From contig JBLDXI010000024.1 in assembly GCA_047495785.1 (NCBI GenBank), positions 2,046,001-2,110,000 on the forward strand: a DNA stretch of 64,000 nucleotides. Reading direction: 5' to 3'. Shown here in pieces: positions 61,701 to 64,000 of the stretch (position 1 is the first letter of the stretch; every line of letters starts with the position of its first letter). The stretch is from Lepidodermella squamata (lineage: Eukaryota > Animalia > Gastrotricha). A program made the translations under genes and the position numbers. Below the pieces are notes generated by a model, which did not search any database, was not told the DNA's origin, and saw nothing but the letters and a program-made list of their open reading frames with translations.

Positions 61701-62534
61701 GTGGGCTCTCAAGCGTGACCGTAGCACCGATTAAAAATTGATACGCGAGATCAAATCTCAACTTGGGCGAAAAATCCAAGCGATTGCTAAAAAAAAACAG
61801 AATTTTTCCTACAAAAAAATCATTTTTTTGCAAACTTACTCGCATTGAAATTCGTCATTTTTGCGATTTAGCCATTTAAAAAAGGACAAATTTTTCGTCG
61901 CATATTTTCGATCTCGATCCGTTGTTTTGATCCGCCATTGATACCGCAAAATTTCAGCGAGTAAACCGAGGTGTACATGAGAAAGCTGGATCAAGTAAAA
62001 ATCACAGTCCCTGCCTTCGATTCGGCGATACGCGATGCGGTAAACCCGCCTTAAAGCTTCAAGATAATCTCGCCTAGACTGGTCCAAATTTTCCGGAATA
62101 TATTCGTAGCACGTTGAATACGCCTTGACAGATTTAACTTTCGGCAATTTCGACCCTTCAACTTCAACAGTTCGATGCTTGACGACTAGCACGAAATCGA
62201 CGTCATTTTCCAGTGAATTAATGTCGACCTTCTCCGGAATTTTGTAGAATTTCAACCGCCGTAGCAGCAGCTTGAACCCGCCCTCGAACGTCTCATTCGT
62301 CTCGCGCGCTGTTTGGACGGGTGTCGATTTTTTGCTATTTTTCGGCGCAACAGAAATGATTGTTTTCTCGCTGTTTTCGGACGATGTTGACGATTTGTGC
62401 TTCACAACAGCGGCCGCAGCGATGCGAGTCGGCTGTTTCGGCTTTGAAGGTCCAGCTTGGTCGCTGATTTGACCCGGTAATGAGGGCGAATCCTTGCCCT
62501 TGTTTGCCCAGGCTTCCTTTTTGGAAGAAGCCAT
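58772..62534 (-). CDS. Anoctamin/TMEM16 family protein, divergent, at least 6 exons
   Basis: VADYCGERIGFYFAW, EFWIRRE, LTDWEGHAT, DEFTERVILFG...LTLD, YKRPVPERSDGIGMW, FIIFEH motifs spread over exons. Confidence 0.88.
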
Positions 62535-63227
62535 TCTCGACTATGCTAAGCTACGACATGGATAATTATTACTAAAAAAATGTGTGCAATATAGGAAAAT
62601 TGATTGATTATTTTTTACCAACTGTCTAGTTGGATTAAATATTTATTGGTGGCAATTCATTTTTTTACTACGACTGAATGCTGAGGGATGAGTATTTAAC
62701 ATGCAACTATGGTAGCGCAAGGTGAATGAATGCATTTTTGTACATATATGTTCTTTCCTATATGTAAGTACTATACAGGGAAATTCGTGCTGTGTTGCTT
62801 ATATTCATCCGCCATGCGAGGCTGTATTAAGGCACTGAGTGAGGTACATAAATGCTGAGCCAGCGGTCACTCTTAGCGCGTGTTTTTGAGACGCGCGCAA
62901 TCTTGTTGTTTTGCACCTGTGCGCTCTTGTTACGATCCGGGACATGCATGCACACGTGGCTGCAATATAAATAGCCGGCTGAATTAGGAAACGAAATATC
63001 GATCTAAACTGATCCGATCAAATTGCCGGCGTTATAAAGACAGCTTTCATTCATCCTTCATCCTTCAAGCATTTACTCAAGCGCAGTATTATCGAGGAGA
63101 GACCGATCTTTTGATATCGGAAAATGATTCAATAAGATTTACCGAATTTCCCAAATTTTTAAATTTTTATAAATTTGAGAAAAAAGGTTTTAAAAACATC
63201 AGAATAAAATCAGATATAAAATGGTTG

Positions 63228-63613
63228 GTTGTACGACTTTTCAGCAGTGACATTTCATCAAATGAGGGTCAAATGAACAGCGACATTTGAGCTGCGACAT
63301 TTGCGCAGTGACAAATCATCAGTGACAAATCAGCAGTGATTTTTGATAGTTTATCCTAAATTGTTCTAAATTTATTATCTTTAACTCGGTGACATTCGCG
63401 CAGTGACATTTCAGCGGAGACATTTCATCAACAGAATTCCAGCCGTATTCAGCTGGGCGCTTCATTGACTTTGAGCTCATAAAGTGCAAGTTCAATTCCC
63501 GAGATAAATGAATAAAAATTGATGAAGTGTCACTTGCTCATTTGTCACTGATGAAAAGTCACTGCTGATTTGACCCTCATTTGCTGAAGTGTCACTGCTG
63601 AAAAGTCTGACCG
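63228..63613. mobile_element. MITE with CAGTGACA subrepeats
   Basis: GACTTTTCAGCAGTGACATTTCATCAAATGAGGGTCAAAT mirrored by ATTTGACCCTCATTTGCTGAAGTGTCACTGCTGAAAAGTC. Confidence 0.8.
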
Positions 63614-64000
63614 CGATTATTTTTAATTTATTAAAAAATTAGTAAACAAAATAATAAGAAATCGCATAATTAGCTCAATCCATGCGCGATTGAAGGAGCT
63701 CATCCAGCCCCAAAAGCGCTATTATCGACATCGATTATAGCTTCATTGCTATATTGTGAATCGGGAGGCTGTTAATAGTCGGTTTGTTTCAATTCTTCAA
63801 CTTCGACTGGAGTTGGGTCGATGGATTTGAATGTTTTTGCACGTGTTACGGAATTTATATTTTGCGCTTTTGTTTACTTTGCGCACATTTGTTTGTTTTG
63901 CGCGTTTATTGAATTGATTTACGCGACGCCTGTTGAAGAGTCGCATAGTTTTTTTTAATTTAATTTCGTAACGAAGAGCGCTTGCTTATCTTTTGAAAGT

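Noticed and set aside
63230-63615. Spaced CAGTGACA repeats resembling a CRISPR array
   Set aside because: Units are short, irregularly spaced, inverted between halves and bounded by TIRs; eukaryotic context with no cas genes.

Overview
Eukaryotic (invertebrate animal-like) genomic DNA with short GT-AG introns (about 47-63 nt); the species cannot be named from the sequence. The left two-thirds holds a cluster of glycosyltransferase-like genes: three intronless DxD type II membrane paralogs, three STELLO/DUF288-like copies (two disrupted, one intact) and a GT32. Part of it arose by a direct segmental duplication (about 2.6-13.0 kb vs 34.4-39.8 kb), and the two copies show filled versus empty insertion sites for an LTR element, an intact single-ORF LINE, a CR1-like fragment and a hAT MITE. 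Between the copies lie a multi-exon secreted gene with an unrecognised 4-Cys repeat plus two C-type-lectin-like domains, and many transposon remnants (Tc1/mariner, Crypton, piggyBac-type, foldback MITE, LINE pieces). The right third is gene-dense: an intronless GABA-B-like GPCR, a RING-NHL gene, three small spliced secreted paralogs with a C-x9-C...FYxWAQxLA motif that the ORF track only shows as fragments, an ANKRD66-like gene with an X-box, a CD225-like membrane protein and an anoctamin. The best novelty candidates are the C-x9-C secreted family, the glycosyltransferase cluster and the 4-Cys-repeat/lectin gene. Family calls rest on motif recognition, not database searches.
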